Translations under genes and position numbers: made by a program
Shown here: positions 11,070 to 20,734 of the stretch, in pieces
Position numbering within the stretch: the stretch's first letter is position 1
Layout: each line of letters begins with the position of its first letter
IMG/VR virus record: IMGVR_UViG_3300009499_000053
Origin: a virus
Reading direction: 5' to 3' (one strand)
Length of the DNA: 64,000 nucleotides
The notes under the pieces: model-generated
What the model was told of the DNA's origin: nothing
Seen by the model: only the letters and a program-made list of their open reading frames with translations
Database searches by the model: none

Positions 11070-11168
11070 GCTCCCGTCATCTAGCCTGGCTAAGGATCCT
11101 AGGCTCTCAAGTCTCTCTATAGACGGAGACCCCTAGGGACATGGGTTCAAATCCCATCGGGAGCACCA
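11070..11168 (+). tRNA. tRNA-Glu(CTC) with short BHB intron
   Basis: GCTCCCG acceptor, CTAGG/CCTAG anticodon stem, CCA. Confidence 0.85.
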
Positions 11169-11323
11169 TTCACTTAGAGGAGGGAAATAGATGGATAAAG
11201 AAATTAGAGATGAATTCGATAGAATCTGGAAAGAAATAGCTAAGATAAGAAAAGAACTAAAAGACCATGAAGATCTTTTTTGGAGAGCTCATGGAGCCAA
11301 TAGAAACTGATAAGTTGGAAAGA

Positions 11324-11467
11324 GCTAGGGTGGCAGAGTCAGGTTTAATGCGCCAGACTGCTAATCAGGGCGACACTTGAACCAGGGCGATACTGGAATC
11401 GAATCTAAACCTGTACAGAAATCTGGTGGGCTTGCCCGCAGAGGTTCAAATCCTCTCCCTAGCGCCA
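11324..11467 (+). tRNA. tRNA-Ser(GCT) with intron
   Basis: long variable arm, G73, CCA, CCAGA/TCTGG stem. Confidence 0.85.
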
Positions 11468-11699
11468 ATAACAATAGTATGGAGGAAAACAAATGAATAT
11501 AGATTTAGATAAACTGATAGCTATAATAGCATCGGCAATCCTAAATGGGGTCTGTATTGCATTCCTCATCAACACAATACTAGCTGGTAGTGCCATTGGT
11601 ACTGCTATAGTGTTTGCATTTCTATTGTGGTTACTAACAAAGAGCTATGCTATCATTATGAAAAAGAAAAAGAAAAGAAGAAAGAAAAATAAATAACCT

Positions 11700-11866
11700 G
11701 TGGGGATGAAGGCTGAAGTAGTTCCGTTGATGCCTGAGAGAAACTGCACAAGTATCTCAGGAATTTGCATGCGTAATAGCAGTAAACGGGACAAGGACAG
11801 CGTAGACTTGGAATGTATGCAGATATTCCATTTACCCCCGGGAGCAATCTCGGCATTCCCATACCA
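11700..11866 (+). ncRNA. tRNA-like structured RNA ending in CCA (~167 nt)
   Basis: 9-bp acceptor-like stem, T-arm-like hairpin, ACCA end, nested internal helices. Confidence 0.5.
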
Positions 11867-11872
11867 TTAACA

Positions 11873-11948
11873 GGAATCTTAGAACAATTGGGAGTTCACT
11901 GGACTGAAGATCCAACCGTTGCAGGTTCAAGTCCTGCAGATTCCACCA
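11873..11948 (+). tRNA. tRNA-Phe(GAA)
   Basis: cloverleaf, CT-GAA-GA loop, CCA. Confidence 0.85.
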
Positions 11949-12100
11949 GCCAGGATATGCTAAGTCTGGTCAAAAGCGCTCGGCTTAAGCGTCTAAGAAG
12001 ACCTTGAGGGCGTGGCTAAGAAGCGTTAAGCTCAAGAGGCTTAGTACTGAGACACCGAGTCCTTAGTGGTTCAGGGGTTCAAATCCCCTTCCTGGTACCA
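11949..12100 (+). tRNA. tRNA-Leu(TAA) with BHB intron
   Basis: CTCGG/CCGAG stem, BHB helix CTTA/TGAG, variable arm, CCA. Confidence 0.85.
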
Positions 12101-12182
12101 GTAATAATCTCCCGAGGCTGAACCTCTCTAAAGGAGGGAATGCGGGGTGTCGTGTGGGGTCGAAACAGGGAGTATTACATCA

Positions 12183-12256
12183 GGATCCGTAGCTAAGCAA
12201 GGTAAAGCGTTGGGCCCTTAACCCAATAATCGTGGGTTCAAATCCCACCGGATCCT
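12183..12256 (+). tRNA. tRNA-Lys(CTT), C33
   Basis: TTGGG-CC-CTT-AA-CCCAA anticodon arm. Confidence 0.85.
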
Positions 12257-12259
12257 CCT

Positions 12260-12333
12260 GGATCTGTAGCTTAACCAGGTAGAGCAGAAGACCTTTAATC
12301 TTCCAACTCCGGGTTCAAATCCCGGCAGATCCT
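12260..12333 (+). tRNA. tRNA-Lys(TTT), C33
   Basis: GAAGA-CC-TTT-AA-TCTTC anticodon arm. Confidence 0.85.
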
Positions 12334-12336
12334 CTA

Positions 12337-12409
12337 ACGGGTGTAGCTTAATGGATAGAGTTCCTCGCTTCTAACGAGGGAAATGAAGGTTCAAGTCCTT
12401 CCATCCGTG
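12337..12409 (+). tRNA. tRNA-Arg(TCT)
   Basis: cloverleaf, CT-TCT-AA loop. Confidence 0.85.
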
Positions 12410-12412
12410 CCT

Positions 12413-12489
12413 GCCGGTGTAGCATCAAAGGTTAGTGCGTCTCCCCTGTAAGGAGAAAGGTAGGGGTTCAAGTCCTCTCACCGGCTCCA
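12413..12489 (+). tRNA. tRNA-Thr(TGT), C33
   Basis: TCTCC-CC-TGT-AA-GGAGA, U73, CCA. Confidence 0.85.
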
Positions 12490-12563
12490 GCCACCTTAGC
12501 ATAATTGGATAGTGCTCTGGACTGTTGATCCAGACGGTGTAGGTTCGAATCCTATGGGTGGCG
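12490..12563 (+). tRNA. tRNA-Asn(GTT)
   Basis: cloverleaf, CT-GTT-GA loop, G73. Confidence 0.9.
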
Positions 12564-12569
12564 CTTATA

Positions 12570-12642
12570 GTCCTCCTAGCTCAATGGACAGAGCATTTGC
12601 CTTCGAAGCAAAAGGGTGAAGGTTCAACTCCTTCGGAGGATG
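12570..12642 (+). tRNA. tRNA-Arg(TCG)
   Basis: TTTGC-CT-TCG-AA-GCAAA. Confidence 0.9.
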
Positions 12643-12645
12643 CCT

Positions 12646-12730
12646 TGCCCGATACCATCAGTCTGGATTAAGGGCTACAGGTCGCGCCTCTTTAATCTGT
12701 AGATCGGGAGTTCAAATCTCCCTCGGGCAT
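12646..12730 (+). pseudogene. degenerate tRNA-like element with 14-nt anticodon loop
   Basis: intact T-arm (GGGAG TTCAAAT CTCCC) and acceptor-like stem, no readable anticodon. Confidence 0.5.
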
Positions 12731-12748
12731 AACATTGACATGGAAAGA

Positions 12749-12823
12749 GGATTAGCGGTCAGTTGGAACTGATCCCTGCCTGTCACGTAGGGGAAGTGGG
12801 TCCGATTCCCACCTAGTCCGCCA
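12749..12823 (+). tRNA. tRNA-Asp(GTC)
   Basis: CCTGC-CT-GTC-AC-GTAGG, G73, CCA. Confidence 0.8.
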
Positions 12824-12824
12824 A

Positions 12825-12898
12825 GCTCGGATGACTGAATGGTAAGGTGTGGGCCTGCAAAGCCTAATTCAGGGGTTCGATTCCTCTTCCGAGCTCCA
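12825..12898 (+). tRNA. tRNA-Cys(GCA)
   Basis: CT-GCA-AA loop, U73, CCA. Confidence 0.9.
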
Positions 12899-12942
12899 GT
12901 TAACAGTATAACGCACTAAGGTGCACTAAACTATTAACTCCA

Positions 12943-13018
12943 GCGAGTGTGATGATAATGGTTAACATGCCTGGCTACCAACCAGGTAATCAGGGTTCAA
13001 GTCCCTGCACTCGCACCA
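12943..13018 (+). tRNA. tRNA-Gly(ACC)
   Basis: GCGAGTG Gly-type acceptor, CCTGG-CT-ACC-AA-CCAGG, CCA. Confidence 0.85.
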
Positions 13019-13092
13019 GGGGTATTAAGCTAGTGGTAGACGATTGGTCTCCAGAACCAATAGCACAGGTTCGATTCCGGTATACCCCACCA
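13019..13092 (+). tRNA. tRNA-Trp(CCA)
   Basis: TTGGT-CT-CCA-GA-ACCAA, CCA end. Confidence 0.85.
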
Positions 13093-13109
13093 TCATAAAC
13101 GTATCACAC

Positions 13110-13182
13110 TCCTGAGTGATGTAAGTAGCATACGTGGTCTGTGAAATCATGAGTAGGGGTTCAATTCCCCTCTTGGGAACCA
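13110..13182 (+). tRNA. tRNA-His(GTG), lacking encoded G-1/C73
   Basis: CT-GTG-AA loop, ACCA end. Confidence 0.75.
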
Positions 13183-13261
13183 GGGGCGTTGGTGTAGTCT
13201 GGTCTAGCATTCATGGTCTGGAACCATGAGATCGTCGGTTCAAATCCGGCATGCCCCACCA
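13183..13261 (+). tRNA. tRNA-Pro(TGG), C33
   Basis: CATGG-TC-TGG-AA-CCATG, CCA. Confidence 0.85.
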
Positions 13262-13486
13262 CTATAAATATTTCACAACTTAAGGTGACAAAGAAAAATG
13301 TTTAGAATCCTGATTGGAACATTTGTAATAGTAGGAACGCTTGTTGTTGGGTACATAGCCTTAAGAGTATGCTTCAAGGCTACTCCTATTCCTGGAACTC
13401 ATGAAAGAGAAGCGATTGAAACTAAGGAAAGGATAGAAGTTGAAGAAGATCCTTTCAATCCCTCCTCACGAAATCATTAAAGGAAG

Positions 13487-13987
13487 GTGACTAAGTTGAA
13501 GACCTGGTTTACAGCAGATACGCACTTTGGACATACAAAGATAATTGATTACTGCAATCGACCTTTCAAAGATATTGAGACTATGAACAAAGTCCTAATT
13601 AGGAACTGGAATGCTAGGATCAAGAAACATGACCTAGTCATACATCTAGGGGACTTTGCCTTTAAAGAAGCAGAGAAGGCTAAACGATTCCTAGATAGTC
13701 TAAATGGACACATCACCATAGTCAAAGGTAACCACGACAAGAACAACTCTATTGACTCTCGTATCATGGAAGTTACAATGGATCTAGGTGGAAAGAACTT
13801 CTACTGTGTTCACAATCCCTCACAGGTAAACTATAAGTTTCATTATGCTCTGGTTGGACACGTTCACCAGAACTGGAAGGTAGTTAAACGTAAGAATACC
13901 ATCATTGTGAATGTGGGAGTAGATGTCTGGAACTACCATCCAATAGACATAAATGAGATTTTTAAGGCTATAGTTAGATTTAAATAG
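13487..13987 (+). CDS. calcineurin-like metallophosphoesterase
   Basis: DTHFGH, HLGD, GNHD, GHVH motifs. Confidence 0.9.
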   Translation: MTKLKTWFTADTHFGHTKIIDYCNRPFKDIETMNKVLIRNWNARIKKHDLVIHLGDFAFKEAEKAKRFLDSLNGHITIVKGNHDKNNSIDSRIMEVTMDLGGKNFYCVHNPSQVNYKFHYALVGHVHQNWKVVKRKNTIIVNVGVDVWNYHPIDINEIFKAIVRFK

Positions 13988-14478
13988 CCTATCACGGGTA
14001 CATAATATAATCAGGAAGGAATGGATGAAGAAGGAGGGAAAGGTTTGAGAAGAAGAACTAGACGTTTAGTATACGAGCAATGGCACTGTACAGAGTGTGA
14101 TAAGAAACTTAGTGTTAATCGCTACAGGTCAGATGACCTAAGTCCAATCAAGGTCTGTACCGAGTGCAGAAAGAAAGGAAAGGAGGAGAAGAAGAAATGA
14201 ATTTCATAGAAGCATATGTAGAAGTTCTTTCTAAAATCTTTGATATTATTGATAAATGGTTGGATGAATGGATTGAACGAAACTATTAAGAAATGTAGAC
14301 CAAATATGCGATGTTCTAAGGAACAAAAGAACGAAACAAGAGAATCTCTCTGTGGTTGTAAATGTCTCTTTGAGTGTTTACCAGTCTATGAGAGATCAAT
14401 TATTATAAAGGGAAAGACACCACGGGCCGATTGGTACTGGATCAGAATAAAAGACTGTGAAAAGCATAAAGATAAGGT

Positions 14479-16035
14479 TTGTTGAGAATGAAGAGTCTAA
14501 GACATAATGGAATCTACATCCCAGTAGTACCTAGGTATGACCTAGCAGTTACCATAGATAACAAGAAGGTAACTCTGTCTCTCAAACAAGAACAGATGGC
14601 TATGTCTTGGGCTAAGAAGCTTGGTACTCCTTATGTAGAGGATGAGATCTTTAGGAAGAACTTCTTCAAGGACTTCTGTAATAGTCTAGGAATAGACCAC
14701 ACAGAGACTATAGACTTCTCTGAGTTTAGTCTATTGATAGATAAGGAAAGATCTGAAAGGGAGGCACTGAGTAAGACAGCAAAGAAAGCTACTGTCCTAG
14801 CAAGAAAGGTAATTAGAGAGAAACGTAGAGATGAGTACGGTACTGCAATCGTTGATGGTAATAAGGTAGATATATCCAACTACATAGCAGAACCCTCATG
14901 TATCTTCATGGGTAGGGGGAAACACCCCTTAAGAGGTAGTTGGAAGGAAGGACCGATACAAAATGAGATTACTCTGAATCTTTCTCCAAAGGCGCCCAGA
15001 CTTAAAGGATGGAAAGCACTAGTCTGGAAACCAGGCAAGATGTGGGTAGCATCATGGGCAGATAAACTATCTGGGAAACGTAAATATGTCTGGTTAGCAG
15101 ATGACTGGGGTAAGAAGCAGGAAAAGGAAAAGAGTAAGTTTGATAAAGCATTAAAACTAGAGAAGAATCTTAGGAATGTCCGAAATCTAATTCTAAATAA
15201 CTTATCTCATGAGGATAAACACATTCGAAAGGTAGCTTCTGTATGCTATCTTATCCTAAAGACCAACATACGTGTTGGGGATGAGAAGGATGAAGATGAA
15301 GCAGATACGATAGGAGCTATTACCATTCGACCTGAACATGTAACTATTAGGGGACGATTCTCAAAAGCAAGATCACATGGTTATGATCTCAGTCTCCACT
15401 TCCTAGGTAAAGACTCTGTAGAATTCACTAAGACCCTCATAACTGCAGACAGAAGATTCGTATTTAATCTGAAGGACTTTGAGAAGAAAGGTCATGCATA
15501 TTTTGAGGGAGTTACTTCTAAGGATGTCTCTAAGTTTCTACGTAAGGCCCAAGATGGGATGACAGCCAAGGTATTTAGGACATTCAGGGCTACTGAAGCA
15601 GTAAGGGATGCTCTGAAAATAGGTAGGGGACTCTTCTATAAGCCTGAGCATTTTACTGAGAAGGTAAAGAAGCTACATATTAAGTTCTGTATCCTTGAGG
15701 GCTCAAGAACATGCAATCATAAGAAAGCTCTACCTAAGAACTTTGAGGAGAGACTAGCTAAGAAAAAGGATAAAGTATCTCGTTATATAGAGAAACAGGC
15801 AGAGATGGCTAATGGTTCAAGGAAAGGAGATCGTGAGAAGCTAAAGGATCAAGTAGCAGTTGCAACATTAGAGTGTGAGTTCTTTAAACAGACCTCAGAG
15901 TGGAATCTAAATACTACTCTTAAGTCCTATATTGATCCCCGACTAATGAAGATAGCATGTGACAAGGCTGAACTTCCTTATGATAAGATCTATAGCAAAG
16001 CACTATTAAAGAAGTTTTCTTGGTGTCTTAATTGA
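14479..16035 (+). CDS. top1B: DNA topoisomerase IB (archaeal, eukaryote-like)
   Basis: GRGKHP, IRVG, FLGKD, AKVFRTF, CNH and catalytic Tyr in KSYIDPR. Confidence 0.95.
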   Translation: MLRMKSLRHNGIYIPVVPRYDLAVTIDNKKVTLSLKQEQMAMSWAKKLGTPYVEDEIFRKNFFKDFCNSLGIDHTETIDFSEFSLLIDKERSEREALSKTAKKATVLARKVIREKRRDEYGTAIVDGNKVDISNYIAEPSCIFMGRGKHPLRGSWKEGPIQNEITLNLSPKAPRLKGWKALVWKPGKMWVASWADKLSGKRKYVWLADDWGKKQEKEKSKFDKALKLEKNLRNVRNLILNNLSHEDKHIRKVASVCYLILKTNIRVGDEKDEDEADTIGAITIRPEHVTIRGRFSKARSHGYDLSLHFLGKDSVEFTKTLITADRRFVFNLKDFEKKGHAYFEGVTSKDVSKFLRKAQDGMTAKVFRTFRATEAVRDALKIGRGLFYKPEHFTEKVKKLHIKFCILEGSRTCNHKKALPKNFEERLAKKKDKVSRYIEKQAEMANGSRKGDREKLKDQVAVATLECEFFKQTSEWNLNTTLKSYIDPRLMKIACDKAELPYDKIYSKALLKKFSWCLN

Positions 16036-16766
16036 ATAAACCAAATACACAAACTGAGCTAATGATTCAGTTAACATACAAGTGCACCCTTGACTGTATC
16101 CACTGTTCCTATGGAGGCATCAGAGATTGTGGATCAAAGTATGGGCCTGATGTTTGGAGCTTTCTCTATCAATACAAACCTCAACTAATAAAGATAAGTG
16201 GTGGAGAACCCACCCTCTCAGAGAACTTTGACTATGTAGTACGTGGTTGTAAGGAGACTGGTGCTAAGGTAATAACATTCACTAATGGTCTCCAGGAACC
16301 TAGGATTCATCCAGACTTCTACTGGGTTAGTCTCTATGGTAACCGTAAGATCCATAACAGTATTACCAGAGCAGATACCTTTGAGAAGACTGTAGCATTC
16401 ATAGAAGCACACGAAGTAGAGTATCTTAATTCTCCTGTCTTCGGCAGACAACAGTTAAAGAGTCTAAGAGAGATGGGAGAGAAACTTGATATTCCATTAA
16501 GGATAACACGAATGATTGCTCATGGAAATGCTACCAATGTTCTACCTCTCTACAGACAACAGAGACTTGTAAAGAGTCTAAAGTTAGATAAGAAACCTCA
16601 CTGGGTTACATGTAGTCTAGGAATGGAACCTTCTCGTTGTTGGAAGAAGATATGTCTTAGACCTGATGGAAGTACGATAATATGTACAGCTCTAGTAAGG
16701 GGATTACCATGTCCATTCAGAAAGAAAATATCAACTCTACTCTGGAACAAACTCTTCAAGCAATAA
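16032..16766 (+). CDS. radical SAM protein
   Basis: CTLDCIHC, SGGEP, TNG; C-terminal Cys cluster. Confidence 0.9.
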   Translation: MNKPNTQTELMIQLTYKCTLDCIHCSYGGIRDCGSKYGPDVWSFLYQYKPQLIKISGGEPTLSENFDYVVRGCKETGAKVITFTNGLQEPRIHPDFYWVSLYGNRKIHNSITRADTFEKTVAFIEAHEVEYLNSPVFGRQQLKSLREMGEKLDIPLRITRMIAHGNATNVLPLYRQQRLVKSLKLDKKPHWVTCSLGMEPSRCWKKICLRPDGSTIICTALVRGLPCPFRKKISTLLWNKLFKQ

Positions 16767-18378
16767 AACTCTGGAGGGAACTCTTCGGAGTATACCAAGA
16801 GGATGATATTGTACAACTCTTTGATGGGAGCATCGGGAGGATAAGGGGTACCTCACATGGTTGGGATCCTGTGCTCTATGCTATAGCAAATCTAAAGACT
16901 GATAGATTTATGGGCTGGTATCCCGTTAGTTCCTTTAAATTCATTAGGATAAGTGATAAGAAACTTGAGGAGTTACAAAGGAAAAGACTCTCAGCGTTAT
17001 AAGATAATAAAGGGCAAGAAGGATTATGAGTGTCTTACGTGTGCAAAAGCGATTGAGAAAGGACAGAAACATCTTGTTATCACACACTTATCAAAGTATC
17101 TTATGGAGTCCTTTACAGCACTAACTAAGTATCGAATATACATCCAGATCTTTGAGGCTTTTATTTCTCTAAGATTCTGCTCAAGAAGATGTTACAACCT
17201 TTGGTACAATTATGATGCTCGGGGTTACATTGGTGAGGAAGCTAAGTCTGTCCTTAAACGTCTAAGAAAGTTAGAAATAGAGGCACGAATTAGAAGACTA
17301 AAAGGATGGAAGCAATTCAAGGTGTGGCAAGAAGTCTTTCAACCATTAGATGATAGATACAGAGTTCATTAAAATGTCTGTACGTAATAAGAACTTTAAA
17401 CTTAAGTTCAGAGGAGCCAGAAGGGTATTCTACCTAGAAGATAAAGCCTTTGAGGTGGAACCTAGGAGGAAGAACTACAAAGAATTCTGGAGAAGAGTCT
17501 TTGGAGGAAATCGTCTTCCAGTCTGTCCTGTCTGTAAGATAGATCTTATCTTAACTACTATTGACATAGCAAGACCATGTTCTGTCACTTCAGGTTATGG
17601 AACAAGGGTACAACTTCCTTCTGAGTTACAGATCGATTTAAAGTTTCAGTGTTCTAAGTGTGGAACCAAGGTAGAAGGAATTGGGGAAAAGATTACCTTT
17701 GACTCAAGTCCAAATATGAAATGGTTTTCATTAGAAGAACTAAGACTAACACATTATGACTTGAGGGCTCCACCATGAGAGACCCACGTTTCGTCTGGAG
17801 AAGGATCTTCGAAGACTTTGAAGTACATGATCGAGTAAAGATCATCAATCAAGTATGGATCTACTCAAATCAGATAGGTTATGTGGTTGAAAAGCAGTTT
17901 GTTGAAGGAAGATGGTACTATCTCCTTTGTCTACCTGAAGAAACTTTTAAGATCCTAGGACATAGTAAACATAGTGAAGCTAATACAGCAGGTTGGTTCA
18001 AGAACGTAGATCTTTGTCTTGTAGAAGAGGATGAGAAACCTGGACCCCTTTTTAAAGGACTGCGGGGAACGATGTCTCATAGATTGAGGGATAGAATAAA
18101 ATGGATAAACAAGATGAAACCATAAGTAAGAAAGAGGCAAAACGTTTGTGGTCTCATCTCTTTGGAGAAGAGGACACTGCTAAATTAGATAATCTAACGG
18201 ATAAGGAGTTTGATACTCTAGTTGAGTTCTTAGATAAGATAGACTCTCCTATAGATTGGGAAGCAGACAGAAGCTCTAAAAAGGTTCTCCTATGGAAACC
18301 AAAGACTACAGAGATCAAGTACAGAGACTATATGGCTTTGATACTCTTGTTCGCCTGTATGAGAGGGGAAGGAAATAG

Positions 18379-19179
18379 ATGGTTGAAGCCAATGAAGAAG
18401 GTTGTAAAATGGATTTAGAAGAGCAAATGCGAATAATAGCAATAGTTAAGTGTAAACTCAGTGCAAAGTCAGCTAGACTAATAAGTCTGATGATCTCAGG
18501 TAGTGACCTATATGGATTCAGTTCTTATGATAGTGATGTAGACCTTAGAGGTATCTTTATCTATAATACTAACGCTCTCCTAGGCCTAGAACATCCTAAG
18601 GAGACTATAGAGATGAAGATAGGAAACTATGACATAGTGATGCATGAGTTAGGTAAGACTATGAAACTAGCATACAAAGGAAACGCTAACATCCTAGAGC
18701 ATATCTCTACTAAACAGATCTACACTAGCCTAGAGTTTCTAGAACTACAGGACTTAATAGTTCTCAATAAAAAGGGAATATACAACTCCTTCAAAGGACT
18801 AGCCACTCACAACTATAAGAAGTTCATAATGACTGGTAGGAAGAAGACTATCAAGAAGTACCTATATGTCTTCAGGGGTCTTATGGCTGGAATCTATGCT
18901 CTTCAGGTAGGGAAACTAGAACCTGATCTGGAGAAACTTAGTAGACATTTTAAGGTACAAGAGGTAAAGGCTCTAATCAAGTTAAAGAAAGAAGGTAAGG
19001 AGAAAAACGGTCTACCTCCTAAGATGGATACTGGCTCTATAGAACTAGCAATAGAGAAACTCTTCTCTAAGATAGACAAAGCCTACGTAAAGACTTCCCT
19101 TACTGAACCTACTAAAGATGACTGGAAAGAACTGAATAACTTTCTAGTTAAGACAAGGAAGAAATACATTGATACTTAG
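18379..19179 (+). CDS. Pol-beta-superfamily nucleotidyltransferase (YcgL/phage type)
   Basis: GSDLYG..SDVDLRG, KGN, KKYLYVFR. Confidence 0.85.
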   Translation: MVEANEEGCKMDLEEQMRIIAIVKCKLSAKSARLISLMISGSDLYGFSSYDSDVDLRGIFIYNTNALLGLEHPKETIEMKIGNYDIVMHELGKTMKLAYKGNANILEHISTKQIYTSLEFLELQDLIVLNKKGIYNSFKGLATHNYKKFIMTGRKKTIKKYLYVFRGLMAGIYALQVGKLEPDLEKLSRHFKVQEVKALIKLKKEGKEKNGLPPKMDTGSIELAIEKLFSKIDKAYVKTSLTEPTKDDWKELNNFLVKTRKKYIDT

Positions 19180-19387
19180 AGGAAAATGTAATGACAGACA
19201 ATAAGACAGGTTATAAATGGCTTAGTTCAGTATCTAAGACTGATTGGAAAAAGAAGATTGCAGATGAACTTAAGAAGTTAGAAGATTAATCTGTCTAAGT
19301 GTACTGCACTTTGAAAGATTTAAATACGTGAACACGTACTAAGTTTAGAATATATGTTTTAGGAGGAAAAGGAAAATATCTAAGAAA

Positions 19388-20734
19388 ATGCTATTGCCTA
19401 TTTTATTCTTGATGCTCTTAATGATGGCACTTGTGCCCTCGTCTCTCTTTATGTCTCCTGTTTCTGCTGTAGAACCTAGCTGGGATTTAATATATGCTGT
19501 CCCTTCATATGAACAATGGGTAGCTTTATCAGCTTCACATTACCAAGATACTGCTATTAGCATATCCAGAAGATTTACACTTGAGTGCGATGTAACAGAT
19601 AACTTCGGAAGTTGGGACACTAATATTAAATTGTCATCATATGCTTTGATGCCATTTACTCCAACACATGAGTCTAGCTACAAGTTCTTCTTTACAGGAA
19701 CTTCTAAGAACACAGAAACTACAGTCACCTTTGGGTGGTACTTTAAACTAATTATGTCCTATAGATGGTTCCAATGGTATCACAAATACCAGATGTGGAG
19801 AGTAGACCAATATGGAGCAGAAGACCTGATCTTTCAATCAGAATCTACTACTAACTACGCTGTTGACATCTTCATACAAGTATCGAGGACACCCTCAAGT
19901 GCTTACTGTACCAAGATTACTACTAACCAGATTGGCAATCCAGTAATAAATACAATCTTTGACTACATTGAAAACCCTACACTCATAAGAGAATATGAAT
20001 ACGATGCTATTGCTGAACCTGTAGGAGTTGAAGGATGGTCCACTGAGGAAGAAGTCTTACCAAGCTATGATTGTCTTGTATACAAAGCAGGCGAAGGAAC
20101 AGTAGAACCCAGTTTAGGACTGTATAGAATACGAGAAGGTGGTTTCACCCCAGAGTTTTGGCCTACGCCAGCAGATGGATGGTATTTCAATCGTTGGCAA
20201 GTCAATGGAGAAGACATACCTTTCTATATTCAAAGACTGCAATTACAGATGTTCGAAGATAAGAATTGCTATGCGACATTCTATAGAAGTGGTGCTGGTG
20301 GATGCCCATTAATCTATACATACAATGGATCTGCTTACGTCTATGATGGTATGCCCGATATTCATGACCCTGGTCAACAAGACATAACAGTGGAATACAT
20401 TTTGACTGAGGAGCCTGTTAAAGAAAATGGGTTCTACAAGATAAGATTCTCAGAGTATCCTACTACAATCTCACATCTCGATCAAGTAAAACTATACGGT
20501 ATCTTACCTAATGGACAAAGGATTCTATTACCTATGACTAGTGCTATACACAATGTAGATGGGAATGTAATACAAGATCTCAGGTTCTCTGATGACATCA
20601 GGGTAGAATGTAAAGGCATTGAGCAAGACGGATTCGTCAACGAAGAGATAGATTTTCTCTTCTCAGGAATACCTGAAGAATACATAGACTTTGTCTTCGT
20701 AGTTGAAGGACATAACTTTCCTTTGAAGGTATAG
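19388..20734 (+). CDS. secreted/surface protein with signal peptide
   Basis: hydrophobic N-terminus, InlB-B-repeat-like segment (PADGWYFNRW), GGCPLIYTYNG; TTTAAATA upstream and hairpin plus T-tract downstream. Confidence 0.65.
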   Translation: MLLPILFLMLLMMALVPSSLFMSPVSAVEPSWDLIYAVPSYEQWVALSASHYQDTAISISRRFTLECDVTDNFGSWDTNIKLSSYALMPFTPTHESSYKFFFTGTSKNTETTVTFGWYFKLIMSYRWFQWYHKYQMWRVDQYGAEDLIFQSESTTNYAVDIFIQVSRTPSSAYCTKITTNQIGNPVINTIFDYIENPTLIREYEYDAIAEPVGVEGWSTEEEVLPSYDCLVYKAGEGTVEPSLGLYRIREGGFTPEFWPTPADGWYFNRWQVNGEDIPFYIQRLQLQMFEDKNCYATFYRSGAGGCPLIYTYNGSAYVYDGMPDIHDPGQQDITVEYILTEEPVKENGFYKIRFSEYPTTISHLDQVKLYGILPNGQRILLPMTSAIHNVDGNVIQDLRFSDDIRVECKGIEQDGFVNEEIDFLFSGIPEEYIDFVFVVEGHNFPLKV

